A stretch of 64,000 nt of DNA from IMG/VR virus record IMGVR_UViG_3300036766_002286. One strand, given 5' to 3'. The notes beneath the pieces are model-generated. The model had not been told where the DNA came from. It did no database searches and saw nothing but the letters and a program-made list of their open reading frames with translations. The translations under genes were made by a program, and so were the position numbers. Below, one piece after another: positions 20,201 through 29,081 of this stretch. Positions within the stretch are counted from its first letter, which is position 1; every line of letters begins with the position of its first letter. Origin of the DNA: a virus. Taxonomy: Duplodnaviria; Caudoviricetes.

Positions 20201-20443
20201 TTTTTAGGATTAATATTGAAACTTAGCCGTAAACTGCGCGGCTATAAAGAATTGATTATAGGCACAGCTGTGCTTCTAATATCCATGTTCCCAGCCCTAT
20301 ATTATGGTTGGCGCGAAATTGCCTACCCAGTCATGTATTGGGGTGCAGGAATAGCTTTGCTCGGAATTATACTTCTATGGCTAGTCCCAGCAATTAGGCG
20401 TCGACAAAAACCACAAACACCTAAAGCCGAAAGTCAATTATAA
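17204..20443 (+). CDS. Large surface protein: signal peptide, beta-rich repeats, mucin-like Thr tract, three C-terminal TM helices
   Basis: VTICH N-domain, duplicated SSSTTS.CT.NS.SGLVAFV.AGTCTI repeats, poly-Thr, hydrophobic C-terminus ending RRRQK. Confidence 0.88.
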   Translation: MSQTKSFSTKAPSSKTRHASKHHSRTLAQIVLGVLITAVSVLGFSIGDVAHAAGARVTICHRTRSTTNPYRQITISNSGVNSHRNNHTGGVWDSSKLNGGSWGDVVPGGDSDADAFWSTGSAGPNSLNWDASGKAFLMTGGANLTKCGKMTAQQFYEISKAAGDSDATIAADLEEQAANEDAALRPSGGWTSSNVAAAVGTVSITTNNPTSVGVSTATLNGTIVTGGTSTTPKFEYGTTTSLGTTVSGGSAATGTITSTASLSGLSTSTTYYYRAIGEIGSTDTLGTYYGDILSFTTGKDTRTVTLSASATPINNSATSTLSTTVSTGTAGTTTYTVITGTIYCTISGTTLTAHATNTGTCTVQASDAGDSTYNPAVSNIVSITVQALTSRTLTLAGNNASYVFTATPPTMTSTPSAGVGSGTKSFSSSTTSICTINSTSGLVAFVDAGTCTIGSSITSGGGFAAATATNVSFDVTAAARTLTLSGDSGPYVVTDTPPTMSATPSVGTGTKSFSSSTTSVCTVNSSSGLVAFVAAGTCTIGSSITASLGYASATASTRSFTVTAVPATTTTTTTTTTTTTVPATTTTTTTAPATTTTTTTTTTTTVPSTTTTTVPSTTTTVPSTTTTPTTTTTTSIPKASHNTSTSTIPRPITTPPGRQSTTTTTTTTTIPPVTTTTSVTTTTTETSIVTNTQPSIFSSPTTATKTTIPATPLQTTLATDNAINTIDLGSGPVTVANTNEQSIAQSSQAQRSLTQISAEKVQGFTPGSGVTVEIIGARTVGQFVILPSRTVDSITIAAALQESINRTATDFASIDTATAIQKPSSIILQSTNLTLSTDKQMEQTFKDSELTNPVRLSTLDTTQSKAWVKVGAKVAGYTPGSIVYLALTSSPIIISEALVDSQGNATVSGMFPAEIAGNGGHSLRVVGTRQFGDVTVNAKGEIQLSDATLAEVVRFDMQTSATVRYSGQNPTGGNSIAIRVVPLRAPLPWWTLWICSWTVFLGLILKLSRKLRGYKELIIGTAVLLISMFPALYYGWREIAYPVMYWGAGIALLGIILLWLVPAIRRRQKPQTPKAESQL
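18903..19260 (+). repeat. Low-complexity ACN (Thr) coding tract with tandem ACCGTACCAAGTACAACAACA units
   Basis: Directly visible. Confidence 0.9.
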
Positions 20444-20473
20444 GCATTTCGCTGTCTTGTTTTTCTGATATTA

Positions 20474-20484
20474 GCCGGTACAGT
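20474..20484 (+). promoter_or_regulatory. GCCNN + -10 promoter (GCCGGTACAGT)
   Basis: Recurrent motif upstream of SD-led genes. Confidence 0.65.
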
Positions 20485-20509
20485 AATACTTAAGCCAGGA
20501 GATCAAAAA

Positions 20510-20806
20510 ATGAGCAATAATAACTTCTCGAACCATACTATCCCGCCAAGTTTTGATTTCTCTCCAGAAGATATTACATCTGGCCGCGCGTCTGCTTATG
20601 TAAGACAGATTGTATCACACCATACTGTAACAAAAATTCTTGAAAATGGAACCTATATCACCTCAACTCCACTAATAGTTGGTATTTTCGGTTCTGGTGC
20701 AACTCCAGAAAAAGCAAGTATTGCTTTTCTAAAAGCAATAGAAGAGACACTTTGCGGGCCTTTAGGCAATCTCGACTTCAAAATACCAACAATAAACAAT
20801 AACTAA
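20510..20806 (+). CDS. HicB-like antitoxin domain protein (orphan)
   Basis: ENGTYITSTPLIVGIFGSGATPEKA; paralogue of 27309. Confidence 0.6.
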   Translation: MSNNNFSNHTIPPSFDFSPEDITSGRASAYVRQIVSHHTVTKILENGTYITSTPLIVGIFGSGATPEKASIAFLKAIEETLCGPLGNLDFKIPTINNN

Positions 20807-20820
20807 TTAAAGGAGATTAT

Positions 20821-20997
20821 ATGACTATTGAAGAACAACTCACAGACGTAACTATCCAGCGCGATAAATGGGAAGCTTTAGCCAAATTATTAGGGTTGCA
20901 TTTAAGCGCCGCTTGCGGGGGTTGGGAATACGAACCCGGTAACTGTTGTTATGCTGCTGTAGAAGAATTAAAGCGCGTTGAAAAACACGGTTTTTAA
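20821..20997 (+). CDS. Small hypothetical protein (58 aa, not in ORF track)
   Basis: AAGGAG SD; MTIEEQLTDVTIQRDKWEALAK... Confidence 0.6.
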   Translation: MTIEEQLTDVTIQRDKWEALAKLLGLHLSAACGGWEYEPGNCCYAAVEELKRVEKHGF

Positions 20998-21024
20998 TAA
21001 AAACTAAAGATATTTATTACAGTT

Positions 21025-21765
21025 TTAGAATCGCTCGGGATTGTAACCTTTCACGCCTTCTAAGACAGCATCTGTAAATATAGTTTTAGTTAAATTAGCT
21101 CCACGCATATCCACTCCAGTTAAATTAGCGCCTGTAAAGTTAGCTTCTTTCAGGTCTGCTTCATATAGATCCGCTTCACTCAAGTCAATTCCTGTAAAGT
21201 CTGCTCTGTGTAAATCTGCATTTCTAAGATTAGTTTTTTTAAAGTTAGCACCTTGTAATTTAGCTTCCCCTAATTTAATACCAGAAAGTTCTGCATTCTC
21301 TAGATTGGCCTCACGCAAGTCAACGTCGCACATATTTGCATTATGCAAACAAGCCGATCGCAAGTCTGCTTTATATAAAATTGCTGCAGTCATGTCAGAT
21401 TTTTGTGAGTTCAAGCCAAAACACTCAGTATTTGTCATATTAGCAAATCTTAGAGTAGCTCCATTCATACGGGCCCGAATCAAGCATGCACCTGTCAGGT
21501 CAGTTGAACTAAGATTAATATCTCCAAGCCACGCCTCTTGCAAATTAGCACCCTGCAAATGAGATTCTGATAGGTCATACTTATTTTTATCTACCAAAAT
21601 ATATTCAGCTAAAAATAGTCCTCTAAAATCAACTTCATCTAAAGTCACGCCCCGCCATGATTCCCCACGAGTTAAGGTAACTTTACCCCATCTTTTATGC
21701 TTGCATACAATAGTATTATTTCCTTTTGATTTCCATAATTGTACCATAAAAATTCTCCTTTTCAT
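21025..21765 (-). CDS. Pentapeptide repeat protein
   Basis: A(N/D)L repeats; GESW N-cap. Confidence 0.92.
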   Translation of the reverse strand: MKRRIFMVQLWKSKGNNTIVCKHKRWGKVTLTRGESWRGVTLDEVDFRGLFLAEYILVDKNKYDLSESHLQGANLQEAWLGDINLSSTDLTGACLIRARMNGATLRFANMTNTECFGLNSQKSDMTAAILYKADLRSACLHNANMCDVDLREANLENAELSGIKLGEAKLQGANFKKTNLRNADLHRADFTGIDLSEADLYEADLKEANFTGANLTGVDMRGANLTKTIFTDAVLEGVKGYNPERF

Positions 21766-21868
21766 AGAAACTATTAGCGCTATAGTCTTAAAGCCAATAA
21801 GTTTGACATAGCATATAATTGCTTTTAGCTACTAAGCCATCATAGTAATTATATAACCCGGAGGATAC

Positions 21869-22150
21869 ATGAAAAACTCAATTGAAGGTACTAAGGCGAT
21901 CACGAAATGTATAGATCTAGCAGCAGACAAATCTCTGTATCGCCCGCACGCTCTACAAGCCAGAAGCGAGCTGCAAGCTTTGTTAGATACGCAGGAGAGA
22001 ACATCAAAAATAGCAACTCAGCTCTACAACGAATTAAAACTTCATGACTTCTGTCGCGCTACCAGCGAAGAGTATGATCGAAGAGATGATCTAGGCGAAA
22101 GCTTCGAACAAGCCCTAGCTGACTATGAGCAAACCTTTCTAGGTAAGTAA
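21869..22150 (+). CDS. Hypothetical, related to the 29.4-31.7 kb cassette family
   Basis: TKAITKCI...ARSELQALLD. Confidence 0.7.
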   Translation: MKNSIEGTKAITKCIDLAADKSLYRPHALQARSELQALLDTQERTSKIATQLYNELKLHDFCRATSEEYDRRDDLGESFEQALADYEQTFLGK

Positions 22151-22217
22151 GCACAAAAAATAAATATTTGTAATAAGCCCTTTAGCCACAACAGTAATAA
22201 CTTAACCCGGAGGATAT

Positions 22218-22526
22218 ATGGAAAGCTCGACTGCAAACAATGAAGATATTGAATACGATTTTGATCTTATCGTAACACTGCAAGACGGTACATCCGCCAC
22301 AGTCGGCGCAATGTTAAATGATGACGGTACTATTCAATTTGATGAAAATGCCTCACCTCTAGTCACAGAAGCAGTTAATAAACTTATGAATGGCAAAAGC
22401 ATTAGTAATGCTATCCTTGATAACAGATCCAATGACTCGGTATCTATAAAATCTTTTACTTTTACAGACTCATTATCACCAGACGGCGAAACTTCCCTGG
22501 AAATTAAAGCGATAATAAAAGAGTAA
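22218..22526 (+). CDS. Hypothetical protein
   Basis: Promoter motif and GGAGG SD. Confidence 0.7.
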   Translation: MESSTANNEDIEYDFDLIVTLQDGTSATVGAMLNDDGTIQFDENASPLVTEAVNKLMNGKSISNAILDNRSNDSVSIKSFTFTDSLSPDGETSLEIKAIIKE

Positions 22527-22530
22527 TCTA

Positions 22531-22923
22531 ATGACTACCGAAGAAGTTAGCAACGATATACAAGCCCGCATAAAAGAACTCGTAGCCCTAGAAAATGGCT
22601 GGCTAGATGGCGAGGGCGTACAAATCAATAATGAAACAGCCGAGCTAGTACTTCAGGTGTTAGATCAGCTAAAAGATATCAAAAAAACCACTTTAGGAAT
22701 ATTTCCAACCGAAGAAGGCGGACTGCGCTGTCAATGGGTTGTTGGTAAGCACGAAGTAGTTTGGGAAGCCAACGCAAGTACGCAATTTATGTCGCGACGA
22801 CAAATAATGCAACTCGCTTCCATTTCAATTGAGGTGCCAACAGATGAATTAAATATTATAGAATGCGTACACCACTTAACAAATTTTTTAACTGGAAATG
22901 TAAAATCATACGACGTATCTTAA
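22531..22923 (+). CDS. Hypothetical, 'GW...PTxEGG..W' family
   Basis: LVALENGWLDGEG...IFPTEEGGLRCQW. Confidence 0.75.
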   Translation: MTTEEVSNDIQARIKELVALENGWLDGEGVQINNETAELVLQVLDQLKDIKKTTLGIFPTEEGGLRCQWVVGKHEVVWEANASTQFMSRRQIMQLASISIEVPTDELNIIECVHHLTNFLTGNVKSYDVS

Positions 22924-23038
22924 AGCATTTTCAAAGGTGCAATTAAATAATCGTTAAAGATCCCTAAAGCAATGTACATGCTTACATACCGGCAGTTAGG
23001 CTTGCCTAGGCCGTAATAAAAAACCGTGTTACTGCAGA

Positions 23039-23362
23039 CTAAGGGTCTGCATCAAAGAAAATTTTACGTTTTCGAATAATTTTATTACGAGCATCAGAAA
23101 TCATAGAATTAGTGACCTTCTGCCACTTACCCTCAGTCTCCAATTTAGTCCTTAGCTTTAATGCACATGATTCAATAGACTCATTAGCGTTGAACATATC
23201 TTCAAGAAAGGACGATAAAAGATCCGGGTGTCCTGCTGTATTGTCATGAATACTAAGCATATTAAGCTCTTCTTCAGTCAGACCTGTAACCATACGGCAC
23301 ACATCATCACACCAAGCAAAAAAAGTCAACATCTGCCCTAAAACGGTCTCTGCTTCCGACAT
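23039..23362 (-). CDS. Hypothetical, 'GLTQE' family
   Basis: WCDD...GLTEEEL...MFNA...GKW. Confidence 0.7.
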   Translation of the reverse strand: MSEAETVLGQMLTFFAWCDDVCRMVTGLTEEELNMLSIHDNTAGHPDLLSSFLEDMFNANESIESCALKLRTKLETEGKWQKVTNSMISDARNKIIRKRKIFFDADP

Positions 23363-23413
23363 ATCTTATCTCCTAGCAGTTATCTCTGTTAAGGTTATTT
23401 ATAAGATCAACAC

Positions 23414-23713
23414 TCATCGCTTTACCTTGTACATATTCGCCCCATAAAAACTAGCGCCCTCACACCGAGCATTCGTAAAGTTAGCATTGAGGCAGTTAGC
23501 ACTAATGAAATTAGCGTCTTTTAAATTAGCACCTTGAAAATTAGCGTCTTCTAAATCAGCACCTTGAAAATTAGCGTGGTATAGATTAGCGCCCTCAAAA
23601 TCAGCTCCCCGCAAGTCGGCACCACATAAAAGAATTTTTGGTAAATTGGCTCCACGTAAACTCTCTTTGGCCGCCACCTTTCTCACTATTTCTCTCTTTT
23701 TAGATCCAAACAT
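23414..23713 (-). CDS. Pentapeptide repeat protein
   Basis: ADL/ANF repeats. Confidence 0.92.
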   Translation of the reverse strand: MFGSKKREIVRKVAAKESLRGANLPKILLCGADLRGADFEGANLYHANFQGADLEDANFQGANLKDANFISANCLNANFTNARCEGASFYGANMYKVKR

Positions 23714-23821
23714 TTGGTTCTCCCTTGTCCATTTTCTTTGACTTGTTTGTATCTTATCTTCCAGTAATTATCTAAGTTAATGCCATTGCGTCCAAATTTA
23801 TCTGTAAAATATTTCTTTAAT

Positions 23822-24247
23822 TTAATATCGTTCCCACGGCCACAGGCCTATGGATTTTCCTTTGTCTGTTATGGTATTAACTGCTTCCTGTACAGAGAGT
23901 TTTGATTCCCACATTTTCACAAAAAGTTCATTCGCATCATTCGTATTTACATCAAAAATCTACTCGAATTGTTCCTGTGTGCAACCCATAGCCACAAGTG
24001 CCTCACCTATCTTATCATACCAGCTCCAATACGCCGCGTCCGCCGGGTCTCGCATTGCTTTTGTAATATCTTCGAGCATATCTGTACCAAACTCTGATTT
24101 AAACATATCTTGAAACTCTTTATATTCCTGCTCTATTTCAGCAGCTAACGCGTAGTAATTTTCCTCTATAATATCCCAGTTAATTCCAGCTGCGCTCGAT
24201 GCTGGTTTCTTTGTGGGTTTCTTTGTGGGTTTCTTTGCTTTTGTCAT
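23822..24247 (-). pseudogene. 'GLTQE' family gene with in-frame TAG at 23960-23962
   Basis: TQEQFE*IFDVNTNDANELFVKMWESKLSVQEAV...GLWPW; homology continues past the stop. Confidence 0.75.
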
Positions 24248-24264
24248 ATCCTTTCTCCTTTAAT

Positions 24265-24552
24265 TTAATTGTTAGCGTTTTTCTGGTTTTCATTTCTGGC
24301 GTTTCCCAGGTCCACAACAACCGCTCCCGCAGTAAACGGCCGAACCCCCGCACCAAACATTGTTCTCAAAAGTTCAACATTATCGGCCACAACAGTAATA
24401 TCATGGTCAAGCTGTTTTGCCGCAGCATATACCTCATTACACCACTCAAAAAAGCCAGATTCTACCAATTGTAGCACCGTATTAGCAGCAGCTTCAAATC
24501 TTTTAGCCACCGTGTCTGATACTGTTGGTTCTACTTTTTCTGGCTCAATCAT
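24265..24552 (-). CDS. Hypothetical, divergent 'GLTQE' family
   Basis: FFEWCNEV...MFGAG. Confidence 0.6.
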   Translation of the reverse strand: MIEPEKVEPTVSDTVAKRFEAAANTVLQLVESGFFEWCNEVYAAAKQLDHDITVVADNVELLRTMFGAGVRPFTAGAVVVDLGNARNENQKNANN

Positions 24553-24562
24553 AATTCATCTC

Positions 24563-24928
24563 CTAGTAGTTGGGCATCGCTGGGGGTATTTTTAAATTCT
24601 GTTTTAATTTATCAGGATCAAAAATCTTATAGGGCCCTAGCTTTTGAGCTTTCCAGCGATCTGTGAGCATTTTTGCACCTTCTTGTGTTGTCCGGCCAGC
24701 ATTGTACATTTTCTCCAATTCCTCATTCGCATCCCATTCCATGTCTTCTTCAAAGGTAATCATATCCAATTCCTCTTGAGTGAGCCCAGTTGCGTCAAAT
24801 GCATCGTCACACCACTTAAATTGCAAGATGAAAGCAGCATCTATAGCTGCTATATCTGCTGGAGTTTTTGCATCTGCGTAAAACTCGGAATCATATAGAA
24901 ACTCTGTTGGTTTAGTGTCATCATTCAT
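24563..24928 (-). CDS. Hypothetical, 'GLTQE' family
   Basis: WCDD...GLTQEEL...MYNAG...WK. Confidence 0.75.
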   Translation of the reverse strand: MNDDTKPTEFLYDSEFYADAKTPADIAAIDAAFILQFKWCDDAFDATGLTQEELDMITFEEDMEWDANEELEKMYNAGRTTQEGAKMLTDRWKAQKLGPYKIFDPDKLKQNLKIPPAMPNY

Positions 24929-24988
24929 ATTTTTCTCCTCAGTATTTGTTTATGTTACTATTGGCGCTAAATTTTAACTAAAGTTAAG

Positions 24989-25222
24989 CTAGACGGATCT
25001 CGACTTTTTTGGCTTCCCGCTACCACCTATTTTACCTTGAATATAAGATCTTCTATTAGAACTTACTTTCTTTTTCCGGCGGCCTACCTCATTTCCAATA
25101 AAATCAATTCTTACCTCTTCTAAAAAAGTATCTGGAGCCATTCGACGTTCGCTAGAATCTCTGGAAGCTTTAGCTCTTTTGTTTAGACGCTTTTGGCTTT
25201 TGGATATAGCCTTATTGCTCAT
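24989..25222 (-). CDS. Small basic hypothetical protein
   Basis: K/R-rich, AGGAG SD. Confidence 0.6.
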   Translation of the reverse strand: MSNKAISKSQKRLNKRAKASRDSSERRMAPDTFLEEVRIDFIGNEVGRRKKKVSSNRRSYIQGKIGGSGKPKKSRSV

Positions 25223-25272
25223 TGGTTTCTCCTGCCATCTGTATGCTGCAACAGCTCATATTGCAAAGCAAA

Positions 25273-25485
25273 TTATTCTTCCTCTTTGTTTACAGCGTCA
25301 GCTACAATTTTCTCTATTTTTTGACTTAGTTCTTTCATCACTTTATCTAAGGTGCATTGCAGTTCATTACGTTCTTCGCTTGGAGGAATGCGAAACAATT
25401 GTTGTGTCAAATCCTGGGCGCAGTCACCAACCACCTCTGCAAAGTCTCTATAAAGAGTTTTTTTGTCGAATTTTGATTTTGTCAT
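25273..25485 (-). CDS. Hypothetical protein
   Basis: AAGGAG SD. Confidence 0.65.
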   Translation of the reverse strand: MTKSKFDKKTLYRDFAEVVGDCAQDLTQQLFRIPPSEERNELQCTLDKVMKELSQKIEKIVADAVNKEEE

Positions 25486-25566
25486 ATTTGCTCCTTTTAG
25501 GTATTAACATTAATATACTGTCAGCGCCTACAGCATAAAAACAAGTAGTTACTCAGACATATTGTT

Positions 25567-25923
25567 TTATATGCGCTTGAATTCTCTATCTAATTCCCAC
25601 TCGCTTATAGCTACTGTAGGCAAGTCGCGGTCTGAGTCCATTACAATATACTGTCCTTCTCTAGCAGACATGCTGTCATTAGCCTCATCATAGTATAGAC
25701 GTATATTAATAGCACCATAAGGGTCTATACTAGTATCTGTTAAATTATATCTGTTGCGAAATTCATTTTGTCCACCGCACCACATAGCTATAAAATCACA
25801 TTGTTCCAAGAATTCTTTTACAGCTTGTTCACTTTTATTTTTCGGGATCATAGGTACTTGCATAACACTAAACACCGCCGATGACATGTAGTTTCCGGGT
25901 TCTCGTGTTAAATCTTTGTTCAT
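25567..25923 (-). CDS. Phage-type hypothetical protein
   Basis: MSAREGQYIV...F C-terminal pattern resembles common small phage proteins; coupled gene array. Confidence 0.6.
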   Translation of the reverse strand: MNKDLTREPGNYMSSAVFSVMQVPMIPKNKSEQAVKEFLEQCDFIAMWCGGQNEFRNRYNLTDTSIDPYGAINIRLYYDEANDSMSAREGQYIVMDSDRDLPTVAISEWELDREFKRI

Positions 25924-26114
25924 ATAATTACCTCGCGGTCGTACATGTCCTCCAGATCCTCATTTTTCTGCAATCTTTTTGCAATAGACGCTCTGCGTGC
26001 ATTTATGATAGCTATTTCACTAGCATCTAGCTCGTCGGTATCCCAAGGTTGTAACAAAGTCAAGCTCTCTATAAGTTTTTGTTTGGCTTCATCTGGTGTT
26101 TGTTCTGTGGTCAT
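25920..26114 (-). CDS. Hypothetical protein
   Basis: AAGGAG SD, coupled array. Confidence 0.65.
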   Translation of the reverse strand: MTTEQTPDEAKQKLIESLTLLQPWDTDELDASEIAIINARRASIAKRLQKNEDLEDMYDREVII

Positions 26115-26115
26115 T

Positions 26116-26382
26116 TTATTTCTCCTTTGTTTCTAGTGCGTGGATTATTTCGCGCAGATATTCGTCTTGCTCACGGATTTCTTTGAGGAAAAAATCTTTG
26201 AGCCACTGTTCACGCGGTGCTGAGTGGAATGCAACCTCATTGCGTAGCCATGCGGCATCTCCTCGTTCCATGACACTTTCTTCACTCCAATAGTCGTCGG
26301 GTCGGGTGAAATAAGTTGCTCGCCATTCCTCGCGACTTCTCCCGTCTTCTTGACCAAAGTGCTTAAATCTTGGCTCGCTCAT
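26116..26382 (-). CDS. Hypothetical protein ending ALETKEK
   Basis: Coupled array; shared 3' end. Confidence 0.7.
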   Translation of the reverse strand: MSEPRFKHFGQEDGRSREEWRATYFTRPDDYWSEESVMERGDAAWLRNEVAFHSAPREQWLKDFFLKEIREQDEYLREIIHALETKEK

Positions 26383-26383
26383 A

Positions 26384-26584
26384 TTATTTCTCCTTTGTTT
26401 CTAGTGCATTAAAATTGATAAGCAAGTTATGCAGGTCTGACTCCACTTCTGCTAAATCTGCTGTCATCGTCGCCAGGGCATTTGCGGCAATATCTACTCT
26501 TTGCTGTGCTATACGCTTCGCTTGGCGCGCGTCGCTTATTTCCTGCAACAGTTCTAAACGATTTTCGTCAGATGGCACATTCAT
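26384..26584 (-). CDS. Coiled-coil hypothetical ending ALETKEK
   Basis: Coupled array; shared 3' end. Confidence 0.7.
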   Translation of the reverse strand: MNVPSDENRLELLQEISDARQAKRIAQQRVDIAANALATMTADLAEVESDLHNLLINFNALETKEK

Positions 26585-26585
26585 T

Positions 26586-26903
26586 TTATTTTCCCTTTTT
26601 TAGTTCACTTTTAAGTCTTTTAATTTCGCGTTTCGCTTCCTCTAGTTGTTCTGGCATTTTCTCTTTTTTCTTTCGTTCTCTTTTTTTAGCTCTATCTTCT
26701 TTAATTTTTTCAAGCCGCACTCTTTCTAGATTCTCATCATATTCTCGCAACAATCTGGCGCTAGTTGTACCAATAGGCAACTGTAGTACACAGTCCTGGA
26801 CCTCAGGTGCGTACAGACTACTATCTTCTGAGTAAGCCTCTTCAGCATATTCTTCTAGTTCGCGTGCAATTTTTTCTCTGATATCTTTTTCTGTTTGTGA
26901 CAT
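26586..26903 (-). CDS. Charged coiled-coil hypothetical protein
   Basis: First gene after GCCATTACAGT promoter (26935-26945). Confidence 0.7.
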   Translation of the reverse strand: MSQTEKDIREKIARELEEYAEEAYSEDSSLYAPEVQDCVLQLPIGTTSARLLREYDENLERVRLEKIKEDRAKKRERKKKEKMPEQLEEAKREIKRLKSELKKGK

Positions 26904-27078
26904 ATATCCCTCTTGCAGCTCATCCTTGGTTTATACTGTAATGGCTAGCTCCACTCCCCCAAATCTCTATTATATACTACCAGTCTTTAGCAGCACACTA
27001 AGTATCGCCAAGGCTCTGATGCTACTTGCGCTGGTACCGTAAGCCGGTATAGTAATACATAAACCCTGGAGGTTACAG

Positions 27079-27312
27079 ATGAGCAGAGCAGACTACAAGA
27101 ATCAGAAAGTTCCAAATGATCTAACAACACCATTAGCTAATGTTCCTTTTAACGAAGTTCAAAAAAAGTCAGAAGAAGAATTCATGGCACTTTGTACAGA
27201 GGCAGAAAGACGTCTGACGACACCAGCAGCATTAGAGCAAGATCGCCGGTGCAAGGCAATCTTCCACGCAGCAGCTAAAGGTACTGCAGAACAAAAGGAG
27301 ATATCAAAATGA
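27079..27312 (+). CDS. Hypothetical protein
   Basis: GCCGGTATAGT promoter, GGAGG SD, ATGA overlap with HicB-like gene. Confidence 0.7.
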   Translation: MSRADYKNQKVPNDLTTPLANVPFNEVQKKSEEEFMALCTEAERRLTTPAALEQDRRCKAIFHAAAKGTAEQKEISK

Positions 27313-27641
27313 GTAACAGCAATCTCTCAAACCATAAACCATCCTTCAATGCTTCTCAACCAACCGGTTGCATTCCAGAGCAACTTATAGCAGCATATAT
27401 CGAACGTGTACTCAAACACATTACACTTGAACTTCTAGATGACGGCACTTGGTTTGCTATGACTCCATTAATTACAGATGTTTGGGGCGCTGGGACAAAT
27501 TCAGCCGCAGCCGAAGCTGACCTTCGTGAAGTCTTAGAAGAGTGGATTTTTATGACCCTAAGTGACTATAATAGTGAGGTACCAGTAATAGATGGCATGG
27601 ACCTAAATGTAATCAGGCTAGCAAGCTCACCTGGCCAGTAA
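27309..27641 (+). CDS. HicB family antitoxin-like protein (orphan)
   Basis: LLDDGTWFAMTPLITDVWGAGTNSAAAEADLREVLEEWI...VPVIDGMDL. Confidence 0.75.
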   Translation: MSNSNLSNHKPSFNASQPTGCIPEQLIAAYIERVLKHITLELLDDGTWFAMTPLITDVWGAGTNSAAAEADLREVLEEWIFMTLSDYNSEVPVIDGMDLNVIRLASSPGQ

Positions 27642-27737
27642 ATATTTAATTTCAATGCCATGCAACAAAGCCTGTAGTACTTGCAGTTGTAGAATTTGCC
27701 ATTACAGTAATAATATAGTTATTGAAGGAGAAGTGCA

Positions 27738-28388
27738 ATGAAACCCAATGTAAAATATACTGACCGCTATGGTAATTCCCAAGAATTACAATGGAACAAG
27801 TCATGGGAAGGTATAGATTTGGCCGGAGCTGACTTAAGAAACGTTAATTTGCGTGGTGCCGACCTGTCTGGCGCAAATTTACGTGAGGCCAATTTGCAGC
27901 ATGCGAACCTATACAGTGCTCGTTTACAAAAGACTGATCTGCAGCATGCTAATCTATCTGATACCGACCTGCGGAGTGTTTATATGCACAGTGCTGATCT
28001 AAAAGGCGCTAATTTAAGCGGAGCAAACACCGCCGGTGCTAATTTGGCTTTTGCTAACTTGCAAGGTGTTACTTTACATCCCAACAGTTTAAATGGCGTT
28101 ACCCTAGGTGGAGCTAATTTGACTAATATTAATCTATCTGGTATTGATTTGCGTTACACTAATTTTTTTGGTGCTTGTCTGGCTGGCGCTGATTTATCTA
28201 ACACCGAGTTGCTCGCCACTGACCTGACTAACGCTGATTTGACTGACGCTAATCTTTACGGTGCTAATTTAGAAGGCGCTAATCTGGGCAATGCCATACT
28301 ATCTATCAAACAACAAACCGAGTGCATCGGGTATAATCTAGCTTTACGGATAGACAAGTCACAGGTAAATTGCGGTTGTGATGAATAG
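27738..28388 (+). CDS. Pentapeptide repeat protein
   Basis: VKYTDRYGNSQELQW N-cap, ADL/ANL repeats. Confidence 0.93.
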   Translation: MKPNVKYTDRYGNSQELQWNKSWEGIDLAGADLRNVNLRGADLSGANLREANLQHANLYSARLQKTDLQHANLSDTDLRSVYMHSADLKGANLSGANTAGANLAFANLQGVTLHPNSLNGVTLGGANLTNINLSGIDLRYTNFFGACLAGADLSNTELLATDLTNADLTDANLYGANLEGANLGNAILSIKQQTECIGYNLALRIDKSQVNCGCDE

Positions 28389-28635
28389 TTTAACAAAAGT
28401 TACAGACGGGAGGCATCAATGTAATCTTCCTTATAAAAGTTCCGAGTATCCCAAGGGCGAGTATGGATACGCAGGTGATATTTACCAGTGCGAGTGTGGT
28501 ATCTACTATCAAGTTAAAAGAGAAAGCGAATATGGTAGGTTAATAGAATGGAAAAAACTTTCGAAAAGCATGGTCGCCTCTATGGTAAAAGGCAAGCAAA
28601 TCACAAAGAAACTAAAAGGGCGGTCCAATGGGTAA
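28381..28635 (+). CDS. Small Cys/His hypothetical protein
   Basis: HQC..CECG; coupled between pentapeptide genes. Confidence 0.65.
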   Translation: MNSLTKVTDGRHQCNLPYKSSEYPKGEYGYAGDIYQCECGIYYQVKRESEYGRLIEWKKLSKSMVASMVKGKQITKKLKGRSNG

Positions 28636-29044
28636 GAAAAATATAAACTATATTGATAGCCAAGGTACCAGACAAGAACTTATTTGGGGCGAATCTTGGG
28701 TAGGTAAAAACCTATCCAGTGTCGATCTATATGGCGCTGATTTACGTGAAGCTGACCTATCCAGAGCAAACCTAGCGCATGCTAATTTGTCTTGTGCCGA
28801 TCTGCAGGGTGCTGACCTGCATGTAGCTTATTTGTATGGTATTAAGCTAAAAGGAGCAAACCTACGAGACGTTAATTTGAGTGGCGCTAATTTATCACAT
28901 GCTAATCTTGTCAACGCTGACTTAACCAACGCAGAGTTGCATGGTACCAATTTATTGGGCGCTGATTTAACAAATGTCGTATTGTCTGAGCATCAAAAAG
29001 AAGTAAGCATAAATTACAGCGAAACTATAGGACAAGCTCTATGA
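28628..29044 (+). CDS. Pentapeptide repeat protein
   Basis: YID..G..QELIWGESW N-cap. Confidence 0.93.
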   Translation: MGKKNINYIDSQGTRQELIWGESWVGKNLSSVDLYGADLREADLSRANLAHANLSCADLQGADLHVAYLYGIKLKGANLRDVNLSGANLSHANLVNADLTNAELHGTNLLGADLTNVVLSEHQKEVSINYSETIGQAL

Positions 29045-29081
29045 AAATTGCAAAATTCAGTTTAACAGTACAGGCACCAAA

